In this document: one piece after another, positions 45,101 to 56,280 of the stretch
How the letters are laid out: the number at the start of each line of letters is the position of its first letter
How positions within the stretch are numbered: the stretch's first letter is position 1
Assembly (NCBI GenBank): GCA_963811165.1
Contig: CAWEQH010000001.1
Location: 544,001 to 608,000 of the forward strand
Reading direction: 5' to 3'
Length of the DNA stretch: 64,000 nt
DNA from: an uncultured Nitrospiraceae bacterium
Lineage (GTDB): Bacteria > Nitrospirota > Thermodesulfovibrionia > Thermodesulfovibrionales > UBA6898
Made by a program: the position numbers and the translations under genes
Notes under the pieces: generated by a model
What the model was told of the DNA's origin: nothing
Databases searched by the model: none
The model's input: only the letters and a program-made list of their open reading frames with translations

Positions 45101-47080
45101 ACGCCGCCGCCGCGTACCACAGTCGAGGCGATAGGCATCGTGGTGCAGGCCCGGTGAAGGTAACATGGGCATGCCGACGGCCGCGCTATAGAGCTGGAGG
45201 TTGAAGCTGCGGTCGTTTCCTGCGTCCAGTATCCTGAAGCGGAGTGCGTCAGGCGGCAAGTTGACGAAAGGGAAGGCCGTGCCGTTGACGACCGCCGTGT
45301 CCTGAAAGGCCTCGGCGTGACTGACGGGCTCGGCAGGGTGAGATACTTCGGAATCGCCGCCGGAATCATGAAGGGGCCGTAGTCCCACCTGCCGGTATCG
45401 GTGTACCCTCTCGGGTCAAAGATGTTCTCGATCGGCATGTACTCGTGGGGCATCCAGAGGTTCCCACCAGACAGCCGAGGCTATTGTTGGTATAGTTCAC
45501 CCAGAGAGGGTCTACCGCGAGGTTATCTCGTTGGACTGGAACTCAGCCGGGAACGACCTCGTGGCGGGATAGGCGTTACGAATGGCATCCGTCGACGCAT
45601 CTGCCACAAAGGTCTTGTCCTGAATGACCAGCGGGATTCCGTAGCGGTATACCCCATTAGGGGTACCATTGTCAGGCAAGATCTTGGTGGGGCTGATCCC
45701 CGCGGCGGTGAAGACGCCAGAATTGTTGGTGCCGTCGATCAGATCATCCTCGGCGTCGTCGACGATCAGATAGGGTGCGGCCATGCCGTCATAAACAGTC
45801 AACCTCGTAATGCCCCAGGCATGGTCGTGGAGGAAGACACCGGGGACTCTGCTGGTTCGTATAATACAGGGTCTCAACACCGTCGTCGGCTGAAGGCGTA
45901 ATGCACTTCGCGCCGCCTACGCGGAGAGGGCCCGTCACCATGTCGGGGACATCCTGGAAGTCCGGACCTTTCTTCATGCCCCAGGGATATCCCGGGATGG
46001 CGGTCCCGGTAATCGGGTCTCCCACAGGAGTGAACCATTCGCTGGGAGGTCCGTCGTTGCTGCCCGGGGTGTGGCCGCCATGGAGGTGAATGGAGATGCG
46101 GTTCTGCGTGAACTTGGCACAGGTCGAGAGCCCGTAATCACAGGCCGCTCCTGTCAAATCCTGGGGCCCCATTCCCCAGCCCATGACCGTCTCGTCCACA
46201 GGGAAGGGGAGCGCTCCGCGCCGCCTGTGCTGAGCGGAAGATGGTTTTCGAACCTGAAGCGCACCGGCTTGCCGTTTACCGCGCTTCCAAGAGGATAACC
46301 ACCAATGAATCCGGTGCTCCCGGCCGGCTTGTCTGGATGATAGGTGCGGGCTATGATCGCCGGTCCCAGATACTGAGGTGTGCCGCCGGCGTTAGGATCT
46401 GTTGCGTGATCACCCTTAATGTAATAGCCCCGGAGCGTTGTCGGAGGCAGGTCGGTGTGCATCTGGCGTGAATACTGCGCTACGCCGAGCTCATAGTAGT
46501 CCGAAGCAGGGGCAATACCCGTTGTCGGAAAGCTTGCCGTGTCGGGAATGGCAATCGGGATGAACTCTCCGAGGTTGTTTTGGTTGCACGTACCACCGGT
46601 AACATAAGGGGGCGTGCCGGTACCCGGCGTGCATCCCTGAAGTCCCAGTCCGGGCAGCGAGTCAACGAACTTCCTGATACTCGGGCTCTGGGCAAAGTTC
46701 GGGAGGGTGTAGTCGACGACCGGGTTAAACCCGATCCCTGGCGGGAAAAGCGGGTTGGCCGCGACCGCCGGACCGACAACCTTAGACGGATAAGGCGGCC
46801 TAACCGGCCCGCTCGGCATCTGATTGATAGCCTCAGGAATCGGTCCGCGGAACCGTTGTCCGCTGGCCTTTATCGCGTTCAGCATCTGTTGAGTCCACTG
46901 CAAATACTCATTGTGTCTATCGAGGTCAGTATTCACTCCGCTCTGAAGCGATGGCGCTACCGTCCCCTTTGGCGGGTGGCCTCTTTCCCCTTCCTCTGCG
47001 TTGCCCCTGACAACTCCCCATAAAAAGAGAGCTGCTGTGAGGAGCACGCCCATTACAACGATAATTTTTCGTCCATACAT
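42180..47080 (-). CDS. very large secreted multicopper oxidase, OmpB/MofA-like (about 1600 aa, many frameshifts)
   Basis: Copper motifs in order across fragments: IHLHGGH, HDHAWGITRL, SHVMHFHL, WHCHILAHEEFDMM; signal peptide; IRKFVDSLPGL; Gly/Thr/Ala-rich inserts. Confidence 0.9.
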
Positions 47081-47727
47081 TATGTTTATCCTCCTGCTTT
47101 TAAATGTTTTCCTTCATTGCTCTAAGCCCTGACACCATCATAATTCATAACTTCGTCTCAACATCCCCTTCCCTTTGTCGATTCTCCGACAATTTGATTG
47201 CTAAGAGTTCTATCTGGAAATATGCGTCTAGTGTAACTATTTACTCCCCCCATCAAGAGACCACTTGAGTGGTATCCGAATTTATTAAGTATATTTAATG
47301 ATGCCAACCAACGTTTAATATACTTATCTATTTAGAAATTTCAATATAAAAATATATAAAATATAAAAACTTTGCATTTATTCTCCCGCCATCCGCGAGA
47401 AGTCTGAATAATTTTAACCAATTAGGGGATTTTCAACAATAAGTCTTAGTCCGAAATTAATGGAGGATTCATTAACTTTGATGTAAGTCATTTCCCTACA
47501 AAAGTCGGGTTTAAATTCGTCACCCATGATCCTCAATAATCAGTAACAAGCTGTTATAGCTGCTTTTTTAGCTAAGCAGGGAAAAGCTATGCAGGGCGTA
47601 GTTGAAATTAACCTGGAAAAAGGAGATCAAGCGGAAAGTCATAATAGAAAAAATTAATAGATGAAAAATTAATCAAAGGACCACTTATCCCCCCAAGGCA
47701 CGTATGGATGTCATGTTGCAGAAACGC

Positions 47728-49505
47728 TCAGTAAATAACCCGATCGCTCCTTCTGATAAGTTCAGGTTTCGGTCCTTTCTTGAGCTGAACGATATAGCAT
47801 CCCTTGGAGGCATAGCGTTGACCCGGACCGAAGCTCAGGCGCTCATACGGAGCAATCTCCTGGTCCTCCATCATTCCGATGACATCCAAAAAGTAGTCAC
47901 GGTAATATTTTCCCCTTATATCCATGAGCGCCCGGTCCAGGACCTGGATAACGTCGTGTGTCCGCGCGGTAATCTGCTGAATATCGTCCTGAGCCGGCTT
48001 TCTCGTCAAGGTCTCGATGTGGCCTACAAACGTTGCCTCATCCTGGCGCAACCTGAAAGGGTAGGTTACGTAAGACTTGCGCAATTTGAAAGGGTAGGTT
48101 ATGTACGTGAAGTCACGGGCCTGATCCTTCAATTCCCAAACACTCTTCCCAAGATAGCTCGATGAAACAAAAACCATTCCCGGCCTGTCGTTACCGACAG
48201 CCGCCATATATTCAAGAGCGGTCAGGGCCTGGGGACCGTCCCAAAGGACGAGCACGGCAGGTTTTTCCTCAGCCAATGCCTTCCGCAAGGAGGCTGCAGT
48301 CAGCGCTTCCCCTGCCTTGAGGGTGACCGACACGGGGGGGCGATGTCCCGCTTCCTGCAATGTGTTTTGAAACCCGGCCGCCAGCGCCCGGCCTTCACTT
48401 GAATCGCGAACGATCTGGAGTATCACCCCGCCTTTTGCCGGTTCGTCCTCTACCGTATTGAGATATCTGGCCGCTCCTTCGCCTTCCTGATAATATCCCC
48501 TCGACAGATACCAGGTATACCAGTCATTTTCGGAAATGACCGGTAAATCGGTAAAAGGGAAGAGTTCCGGGATCTTATTTGCCTCGCAGAAATCGTGTAC
48601 CGGCTTCCAGTCACCGCTTGTAATTCCCCCTATCAGCGCAAATACAGGATTGTTACGATGGTATTCTTCCAGCTGGATGCGCCAGGTCTCCCGGGGACCT
48701 TTGAGCACCCAGAGTGCCAGTGACAGATCCCGGTATGCCTGTTCCGGACCGGCGTATTGTCCCTGGGACACCGATGATTCCTGCACAGAGCGGTTCATGC
48801 CTTCCTCAACCTTTTTGAAATATGCATTGCTGTTCCAACTCACTATGTAGTTCTCTAAGGGACGCAGCATCGCCTTGCGAACTTCGGGGCTCACATCCTC
48901 GGAGACGACCGTCGCCAAGTGCAGCGTCGAAGCCGAGACCCCGGGAGAAAATTGAGATGAAAGCGATTTGAGGTAGAAGATGAGCACTGCCATGTCCTTA
49001 TCATCAAGCAGATAACGGGGCATGACCTCGCTCAGGACCCGGCCTGTGGGGTCTATGCCGCCCCTGATTACGTCAGCCAATGTTTCATCCGTATACGCCG
49101 GCCGATATAAAAGCGGCGTGGGAGCTTTTTGAAAATAGCCTGTATAAAATTCTATCTTGTACGGATGGAAGAGCTTCTTCCCGGTTGTAGGGGGCGTGAT
49201 AACACTGCCCTCGATAGAGCCGAGCCCGCTGCGCAGATGGCAACTCACGCAGCTGAAGGCTGTTCCTGCAACAGGGATTTCCCCATTTACCACGGCCTCC
49301 ATCGGTTCACCCGAGGGAAGGATCCGTCACGATACATCCGTTCCCCAAGGCGTACTGCCTTTTCATTGGCCATCCCGGGAACAGGGAGGGGCTTTACGTC
49401 ATCTGCCCATACAGGCCCGGACCAATAAAGCGCGAGCAGGGTAATAAAAAATCGCAGACCGATCAATGCCCCGCGTGCTGTCTTTGCGATATATGTTTTC
49501 ATCAT
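47728..49505 (-). CDS. monoheme cytochrome c fused to a periplasmic-binding-protein-like domain (frameshift near 49310)
   Basis: Signal peptide and GERMYRDG in 49287-49505; CVSCH, MPRY, FGPGQRYASKGCYIV in 47728-49302. Confidence 0.82.
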
Positions 49506-50083
49506 TTGGCCATCCTTTCATATTCGGCCAAAAGGTCGGAAGTCCCGATGAGACCGTAGATTCTGAGCCATCGTTTGTCAGCCGAAGAATACAGCAGGGC
49601 CAGCGGCAAGTGGGACATCTTATTCATGGTGTAGGCCTCCAGGACCTTTGTCACTCTTTCGATATCTCTCTTGGAACCCGTCAGGAATTCCCACCCTGGT
49701 TTTGCACCATACCGTTTAAGGTACTCGGTCAGCCTTTTCGGGGTATCATTTTCAGGATCAATCGAGATGGAAATGAGCAACACATTCTTCGGATCCTGGC
49801 CGACCCTCTTTTGGAAATTTGCAAAGCCGGCTGAAAGCACCGGACAGATCGTGGTGCAGGTGGTAAAGATAAAATCCACCAACACTACTTTCTTCGAGTT
49901 CAGCAGCTCAATGAGCTTCACCTTTTTCCCCTGTTGATTCAGCAGCGTCACGTCCGGAACGACATAGTCTTTGAACGTCCTCGTGTACTTTTCCTGTGTC
50001 CCGGCGCTGACTATCTCTGCTGGAAGTAATAGCGTAAGTGCAGCCAACAAAACCGGGAAATACCATATCTTGAGTTTTGGCAT
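49502..50083 (-). CDS. SCO/SenC copper chaperone
   Basis: FIFTTCTTICP (CxxxC), SISIDPENDTP, WEFLTG, distal His. Confidence 0.93.
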   Translation of the reverse strand: MPKLKIWYFPVLLAALTLLLPAEIVSAGTQEKYTRTFKDYVVPDVTLLNQQGKKVKLIELLNSKKVVLVDFIFTTCTTICPVLSAGFANFQKRVGQDPKNVLLISISIDPENDTPKRLTEYLKRYGAKPGWEFLTGSKRDIERVTKVLEAYTMNKMSHLPLALLYSSADKRWLRIYGLIGTSDLLAEYERMAK

Positions 50084-50290
50084 TGCAAAACCTCCATTAT
50101 ATTTTTACACTGACTTTTTTACTCTATCATAAAAAATCACGGGTGGCTAGCAAACGAAAAGGTGGGTAGTGGGTCGTTTAAACTGACCACTACAAAAGGT
50201 GCAGCCTCATCTTATCCCTGCAACCAATTCCCTTTTTGTCGCCCTTGTCTTGAAGTGTTACGTCTGATATGATGGCTGTATTACATCCTC

Positions 50291-51280
50291 ATGAAAAGGA
50301 GTTTTATGAAATCAAGATTCGCAGTTTTCATGGTCTTGCTCTTTCTCTCACTGTCTTCTCTGAGCTATGGGACTGATTGGTGTCAGGAATATTTGAATAA
50401 AGGAGAATATGACAAAGCGATTGATGCATGCACAGCCATGATTCAATCGCCGGCCCCTCAGACATATCGTAGCTTCTACAATCGCGGGTTTGCCTATTCC
50501 AAGAAGGAACAATACGACAAGGCCATTGCGGATTACACCACGGCAATTGAGCTGGCCCCCCGAAACGGGGGCATTTACGAGGCACGGGCATACGCCTACG
50601 AGGGCACGAAGCAGTACGATAAAGCCATTGGGGATTGGAGTAAAGCCGTTTCAATCGCTCCCTCAGAATATAATTACCTCCATCGCGCAGGTCTCTATCG
50701 CAACAGTGGGCGATATCGTGAGGCCATAGCGGATTACGGCAAGGTCATACAGTTGGACCCCGAAAAGGCCGCAGGCTATTGGTTTCGCTCAGTTGCCTAT
50801 TACGAAGAGGGATCGTTCGGGGACAGCGTCCGGGACAACAGGAAATTGATAGAAATAATGCCGAAGACAATCCATGATGTGAAATTGGATCTTCTCTATG
50901 TGCGTCTTTTAAATTCCGCAGGGAAGCTTTCTCAAGGCGAATACGACAAAGTCCTCGCAGAACTCCGGAGCTATGTGGCCTCTCACGACGTTTCATCCGA
51001 CGACGAAAAGTGGTGGCGGGCCATTTCAAAGTATTACCTGGGGATGGGTGACGTGACGGATATCCGATTGCTTGAGGAAGCGCGCAATGGCAGGACTGAA
51101 GAAACGGTGCAACACAGGCTTTGTGATGCATATTATTCGATCGGCGAAAAAAAACTTATGGAAGGGGACAGAAAAGGGGCAGAAGGGTCCTTTAATAAAA
51201 GCATAGAAACGGGCGTAAATTCATATTCATCAAGATATGCAAAGGCGATGCTGATGCTGATGCATGAGGGAAAGCTGTAG
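50291..51280 (+). CDS. exported tetratricopeptide repeat protein (NlpI-like)
   Basis: Signal peptide; TPRs YNRGFAY...AIADYTTAIELAP; C-terminal LCDAYYSIG. Confidence 0.85.
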   Translation: MKRSFMKSRFAVFMVLLFLSLSSLSYGTDWCQEYLNKGEYDKAIDACTAMIQSPAPQTYRSFYNRGFAYSKKEQYDKAIADYTTAIELAPRNGGIYEARAYAYEGTKQYDKAIGDWSKAVSIAPSEYNYLHRAGLYRNSGRYREAIADYGKVIQLDPEKAAGYWFRSVAYYEEGSFGDSVRDNRKLIEIMPKTIHDVKLDLLYVRLLNSAGKLSQGEYDKVLAELRSYVASHDVSSDDEKWWRAISKYYLGMGDVTDIRLLEEARNGRTEETVQHRLCDAYYSIGEKKLMEGDRKGAEGSFNKSIETGVNSYSSRYAKAMLMLMHEGKL

Positions 51281-51462
51281 TTCCGTTCCCGTGTATCTTT
51301 GCTTTTGTCCTTACGGAAACGTGACCGGTCGGTCCAAACGCAGACGAAAAAGTCTGTCCCCCTTTTCCCGCAGACAGGTTGAACTAAAGCGCCTGCCTCC
51401 ACGGCCGAGGGGGGAACCCCATCCGTCTATGCGCTACGCCAAGAATACGTCGCAGAAGGTGT

Positions 51463-52317
51463 CTACTCGAAGGGGGCGGTGGTTACGTCAAGTTTTATTG
51501 CCTTATCGATAGCCTTTGCCGCCTCTTCATTTCGGCCCAGAGCTCGAAGGCTTACGCCTTTATAATACCAGGCATACACTTCCTCTTCATGGCCCAGGCC
51601 GAGGCTTATCGCCTTATCGTACGCCTTCACCGCTTCTTCATGCCGTCCCAGAGTTCGAAGACTTGAGCCTTTCAAATACCACGCGTGAGGAGTTAACTCC
51701 TTCCTCAGGCCGAGGCTTATCGCCTTATCGAGGGCCTTTGCCGCCTCTTCATTTCGTCCTAATGCTTGGAGGCTTAAGCCGTTTGAGTACCATGCATATG
51801 CCTCGTCTTCCTTCTTAAGGCCGAGGCTTATCGCCTTATCGAAAGCCTTTGCCGCCTCTTCATGTCGTCCTAATGCTTGAAGGTTTAACCCGGTTGAATA
51901 CCACGCATATGCCTCGTCCCTTTTCTGCAAACCGAGGTTTATTGCCTTATCGAAGGCCTTTAACGCCTCTTCACGTCTGCCCAAACTTCCAAGGCTTGCC
52001 CCCTTCTCATACCAGGCATATGCCTCTAAATCTTTCCTGGGGCCGAGGCTTATCGCCTTATCGAATGCCGCTATCGCTTCTTCGTATTTGCCGGCCTGGC
52101 TTAACCCTACTGCCTTGTTATTCCAGTCCGTTGCATTGTCCTCTGCAAAAGCCGGCGCGGCTGCTGAACCGGATACTATGAAACAAGACAGCAAAAATGC
52201 CATTGCAGTAAAATAGTAAGTGCTTTTTCTCGCTGCCGCGTTCCTCGGTTCTTTCACCGGACGGCCAACTTCGTGAGAATTGAGTATAATCATTATCGTC
52301 CTCCCTAAAAGGTCCAT
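51463..52317 (-). CDS. exported TPR protein with 37-aa tandem repeats
   Basis: Repeats AYAWY.KG.SL..LGR.EEA.KA.DKAISLGL; DNA period 111 bp. Confidence 0.88.
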   Translation of the reverse strand: MDLLGRTIMIILNSHEVGRPVKEPRNAAARKSTYYFTAMAFLLSCFIVSGSAAAPAFAEDNATDWNNKAVGLSQAGKYEEAIAAFDKAISLGPRKDLEAYAWYEKGASLGSLGRREEALKAFDKAINLGLQKRDEAYAWYSTGLNLQALGRHEEAAKAFDKAISLGLKKEDEAYAWYSNGLSLQALGRNEEAAKALDKAISLGLRKELTPHAWYLKGSSLRTLGRHEEAVKAYDKAISLGLGHEEEVYAWYYKGVSLRALGRNEEAAKAIDKAIKLDVTTAPFE

Positions 52318-52366
52318 TATTTCTATAGATTATATAAAAACGTGATACGAAATCAGCAGAAATACC

Positions 52367-53101
52367 TCAACCGCCGTATCTCTTTATCGTTCCCGCAACA
52401 TCGGCGCCGGACTCATGAATCTGGCCGTGGTCCAGCCAGACGACTTTGTTGCAGAGGTCTTCTATGTCGGTCAAATTGTGAGAAACGAGAAGCATCGTTG
52501 TCCCCTTTTCTTTGAACGCACGAATTCTTTCGTTGCACTTTCTTTTGAAATGTGCATCGCCCACGGCGAGGATTTCATCGATGATGAGTATCGCCGGATC
52601 GACTTCGGTCGCGATCGAAAACCCGAGTCTGGCTATCATCCCGGAAGAATATGTTTTAAGGGGGCTGTAAATAAAACCGCTGAGCTCGGAAAAATCCACT
52701 ATCGCCTCGAACTTGTTGTCGATCTCCTTTTTTGAAAGTCCGAGGATCGAGGCATTGAGGTATATGTTTTCTGAGCCGGTCAGCTCCATGTCAAAACCCG
52801 CGCCGAGCTCTATAAGAGGTGCGATTTTGCCGCTTACAAAAACGCTTCCCGCTGTGGGCTTCATCACCCCGGCGACTACCTTTAAGAGCGTGCTTTTCCC
52901 TGCACCGTTAGCACCGATAATGCCGAGGGTCTCCCCTTTGCCGACCTCGAAGCCTACATGCCTCAAGGCCCAGAAATCCTCATAATTGGTCTTCCTGCCT
53001 TTTAGTTTCTGTATGAGAAATTCCTGGAGCGTCTTCGGTTTTTCCCTGGAAAGACGGTAGCGGACCGCAACGTCCGCAATCTTTATTGAGAGATCACTCA
53101 T
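52367..53101 (-). CDS. wzt: polysaccharide ABC exporter ATP-binding subunit
   Basis: GANGAGKST, YSSGMIARLGF, IIDEILAVGD; likely start MSDLSIK at 53101. Confidence 0.92.
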   Translation of the reverse strand: MSDLSIKIADVAVRYRLSREKPKTLQEFLIQKLKGRKTNYEDFWALRHVGFEVGKGETLGIIGANGAGKSTLLKVVAGVMKPTAGSVFVSGKIAPLIELGAGFDMELTGSENIYLNASILGLSKKEIDNKFEAIVDFSELSGFIYSPLKTYSSGMIARLGFSIATEVDPAILIIDEILAVGDAHFKRKCNERIRAFKEKGTTMLLVSHNLTDIEDLCNKVVWLDHGQIHESGADVAGTIKRYGG

Positions 53102-53133
53102 CCCCGTGCCCCCAAATATTTCTCCGCCCGCGA

Positions 53134-53919
53134 TCACAGATGATAAACCACCCTATCTTTATATCTGTCGTAAAAAATCCAGCCTGTGGACAATGCTCCC
53201 AGGGCGAACAATGACGCGAACAACAGTTTTTCATAAAAAAAAGGGACGTCCATGTATAAGACACCCCTGAAGACGCTTATAAAATAGTACATGGGGTTCA
53301 ACTCAAAGATTATCCTGAATCGTTCAGGGACTATCGACTCGGGGAAAAACACAGGGGTCATATACATCATGGCGAGCAGAACGACTTCATAAATGTATTT
53401 CGTGTCATGAAAAAAAACGGTCAGCGTCGAGAGGATGAGTGAAACCCCGTAACAAAATATCCCTACAAGGACGATTACCAATGGAAGCATGATAATACGG
53501 CCGCCGACAGAGGTGCCCGTCAGATAAAAGATTAAAAAAAGAGGGACGAGGGAGAAGACGAAATTGACAACTGCCGACATCACGACAGACAGTGGGAAGA
53601 TGGCCTTCGGAAGATAGATCTTCTTGATGAGATTGCTGTTAGTCAGCAGGCTTACGAGCGCCGATGACGTGCTCTGCGAGAAGAAGTTCCATAGAATGAT
53701 CCCGGAAAGGAGATAGGATGTGTAGTTTTTGGTCGCCACCCGAAAGAGTTCGGAAAAGACCATATTGAGTATCAGCATCATAAACAGAGGGTTAAGCATG
53801 ACCCAGAGAAATCCGAGAACAGACCTCTTATAGCGCACTTTAATGTCCCGCATGACGAGGTTCCTCAGAAGTTCCTTGTATCTGAGGATGTCAAATATTT
53901 CGCTTTTATATGTCACCAT
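53134..53919 (-). CDS. wzm: polysaccharide ABC exporter permease
   Basis: RDIKVRYKRSVLGFLWVMLNP, LIKKIYLP, TPVFFP, LNPM. Confidence 0.92.
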   Translation of the reverse strand: MVTYKSEIFDILRYKELLRNLVMRDIKVRYKRSVLGFLWVMLNPLFMMLILNMVFSELFRVATKNYTSYLLSGIILWNFFSQSTSSALVSLLTNSNLIKKIYLPKAIFPLSVVMSAVVNFVFSLVPLFLIFYLTGTSVGGRIIMLPLVIVLVGIFCYGVSLILSTLTVFFHDTKYIYEVVLLAMMYMTPVFFPESIVPERFRIIFELNPMYYFISVFRGVLYMDVPFFYEKLLFASLFALGALSTGWIFYDRYKDRVVYHL

Positions 53920-54068
53920 GCCTTGCCTCGGTTTGATATTATACAGCATCCGCCCCGTCTTGTTCGCCTTGTCCGTGAATCTGTGAAACCCTCCCCGGGC
54001 TGTGCTAAAATCTTACATGGCCCGAGAGTTCAAAATGGTTTTATTTTTCCTGAAAAGGCCCTGAACCA

Positions 54069-55172
54069 TTGAAGATAGGTATTAATGCAACATTCCTGAG
54101 CGAAAAACCTACCGGATTAGGGGTTTTTACACAAGAGATATCCCGCCATATCTCTGCGCTTAACAGGGACTTCGTCGTATTTTCACCGGTCGCCCTGGAA
54201 GGAGTTTCGGAAGTTTTTATCCATAAAGTCCCGCCTTCGGTCAGGGGTTCTCTGAGGTTTCGCGATAACCTGCTGCGGTTTGTGTATCTAAACGGTCTCT
54301 TCCCCATGCTTTGCCGGAAGAGCAAAGTTGATGTCCTGTTTTGCCCGATGATAGAGTTTCCCTTTGTACCACTTGTCCCGCTTGTTGTGCAAGTCCATGA
54401 CCTGCACCCGATACAATTTGCCGCGCAGTTCAAGCGCGCTGCAGTTCACTTCAGATTATCACTGAAAAGGTTGGAGAAAGTCGCCGGAAGGGTGACCGTC
54501 TCGTCCGAGTTTGTAAAAAAAGTTCTCCTTTCGGCAACAAACTTGGGAGAAGACATGATCGACGTAGTCCCGCTTGCCTATAACCGGGAGAGGTTTTATC
54601 CAAGAGGCCAGGAGGGAAGAGCCGGGTTCCTGGCAAAATATTCCCTCAATGGCCCTTACATCCTTGCGGTGGGAAATCTCTTTCCTTATAAAAATATTGG
54701 CAGCCTTGTTGAGGCATTTCTCAGGATTAAAGGTAAGGTGGCTCATTCATTGGTCGTTGTCGGCAGAAAGGAATTTGCGGCATCGCAATTGGCCGATGAC
54801 GAACGGGTACTGTATACCGATTATGTCCCGGACGAAGACCTCCAGAAATTTCACTCCTATGCTGATCTTCTCATACACCCCTCCCTAAGCGAAGGCTTCG
54901 GACTTACTCCTCTTGAGGCGATGGCCTGCGGTACGCCGGTCATATGCTCTGACCGCGCATCATTACCGGAAGTAGTCGGAGACGCGGGGCTGCTTTTTGA
55001 TCCGGACGACGAGACCGCCTTGGGGGAATTGATACTGAGGGTGCTCGGCAATGAAGGACTGAGAAGAGAACTCTCGGCAAAAGGGCTGAAAAGGGCTCAA
55101 CTATTTTCCTGGGAGAAGACCGCCTCGGGCATCCTTGATTCGTGCAGGAAGGCGCTAAAAGAGAACCGGTGA
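54069..55172 (+). CDS. GT4 glycosyltransferase
   Basis: [35 protein letters not shown]. Confidence 0.92.
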   Translation: MKIGINATFLSEKPTGLGVFTQEISRHISALNRDFVVFSPVALEGVSEVFIHKVPPSVRGSLRFRDNLLRFVYLNGLFPMLCRKSKVDVLFCPMIEFPFVPLVPLVVQVHDLHPIQFAAQFKRAAVHFRLSLKRLEKVAGRVTVSSEFVKKVLLSATNLGEDMIDVVPLAYNRERFYPRGQEGRAGFLAKYSLNGPYILAVGNLFPYKNIGSLVEAFLRIKGKVAHSLVVVGRKEFAASQLADDERVLYTDYVPDEDLQKFHSYADLLIHPSLSEGFGLTPLEAMACGTPVICSDRASLPEVVGDAGLLFDPDDETALGELILRVLGNEGLRRELSAKGLKRAQLFSWEKTASGILDSCRKALKENR

Positions 55173-56280
55173 AGATACTCCATCTGCTGTACGAAAGCAA
55201 GGGCGATTATTTCGGGATCGGCGGTGTCGGAACGCGCGCATACGAGATTTACGGCCGCCTCAAAGGCAGGCACGAAATTACGCTTTTGTGCAAAAAATAT
55301 CCTGGCGCACGCGACAAAGAGATAGAAGGATTGGCACATATCTTTGCGGGTACCGAAAGCAGGAGTCTCACCAGGACGCTGTTGTCCTACGCATACAGGG
55401 CGGCCCGCTTTGTCTCGGAGAAGGGGAAAGATATGACCTCATAATTGAGGAATTCTCCCCGGCCGTGCCGACCTTTCTCCATGCCGTTACGAAAAGGCCG
55501 GTTGTGCTGCAGGTCCAGGGATATACGGGGTCCCTTTATTTCAGGAAGTACAACCCCCTCTATTCTTCGGTCCTTTTTCTTTTGGAGCACCTGCGGCCGT
55601 TGCTCTATTGCAACTTTATATTTATAAATGATGAGACCGCGGGCAGGCTCTTTCTCGATAACAAAAAGCATAAGACGGTCATCCCAAACGGCGTGGCCCC
55701 CGAACTCTTCGGCCTCCCGTTTCGGCGAGGGGATTACATACTTTACCTGGGCCGTATACATGTACGGCAAGGGGCTCGACCTGCTTTTGGCTGCGTATAC
55801 TGAATTTTGCAGTTCTTTCCGTAACATCAAACTGGTCGTGGCCGGGGACGGCAGGGACATGGACAGGTTAAGGTCAGCGGTGATGGCACTGCCGAGGGCG
55901 TAAGGGGGAACATCGAACTTCCCGGTTGGGTCTCGGGAGTAAAGAAAAGCGAAATTATCGGTGATGCCTCTTTTGTCGTCTTTCCTTCCAGGCATGAGGT
56001 CCAGCCCATATCGGTCCTTGAGGCTATGGCCTGCGGGAAGTCTGTTTTAGTGAGCGATATCCCCGCATGCTCTTTTGTCACGCAAAACGGGGCAGGGGTC
56101 TCCTTCAAGTCAGGGGACCCGGCCTCGCTGGCCCTCTCTATGAAAGATCTCGCCGAAAGCTCCGCACGTGAAGAAATGGGGATCAAGGGAAGGGAATGGG
56201 TCAAAAATTTCACATGGGACAGGATCGCAGCTCAATATGAGAAGTTCCTTGTCGAGACAGTCGAATCTTACTCGGAGTAA
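55169..56280 (+). CDS. GT4 glycosyltransferase (frameshifted)
   Basis: Pieces: KILHLLYES...GGVG, IPNGV, YLGRI..KGLDLLL, FPSRHE...LEAMACGK, FTWDRIA. Confidence 0.85.

Noticed and set aside
38838..49505. Programmed frameshifting or recoding in the fragmented genes
   Set aside because: The shifts are numerous, at unrelated contexts and spread over unrelated genes; consensus error is the simpler explanation.
51490..52125. Regularly spaced DNA repeats as a possible CRISPR array
   Set aside because: Period 111 bp is in-frame coding TPR repeat, the intervening parts are homologous, and no cas genes are present.
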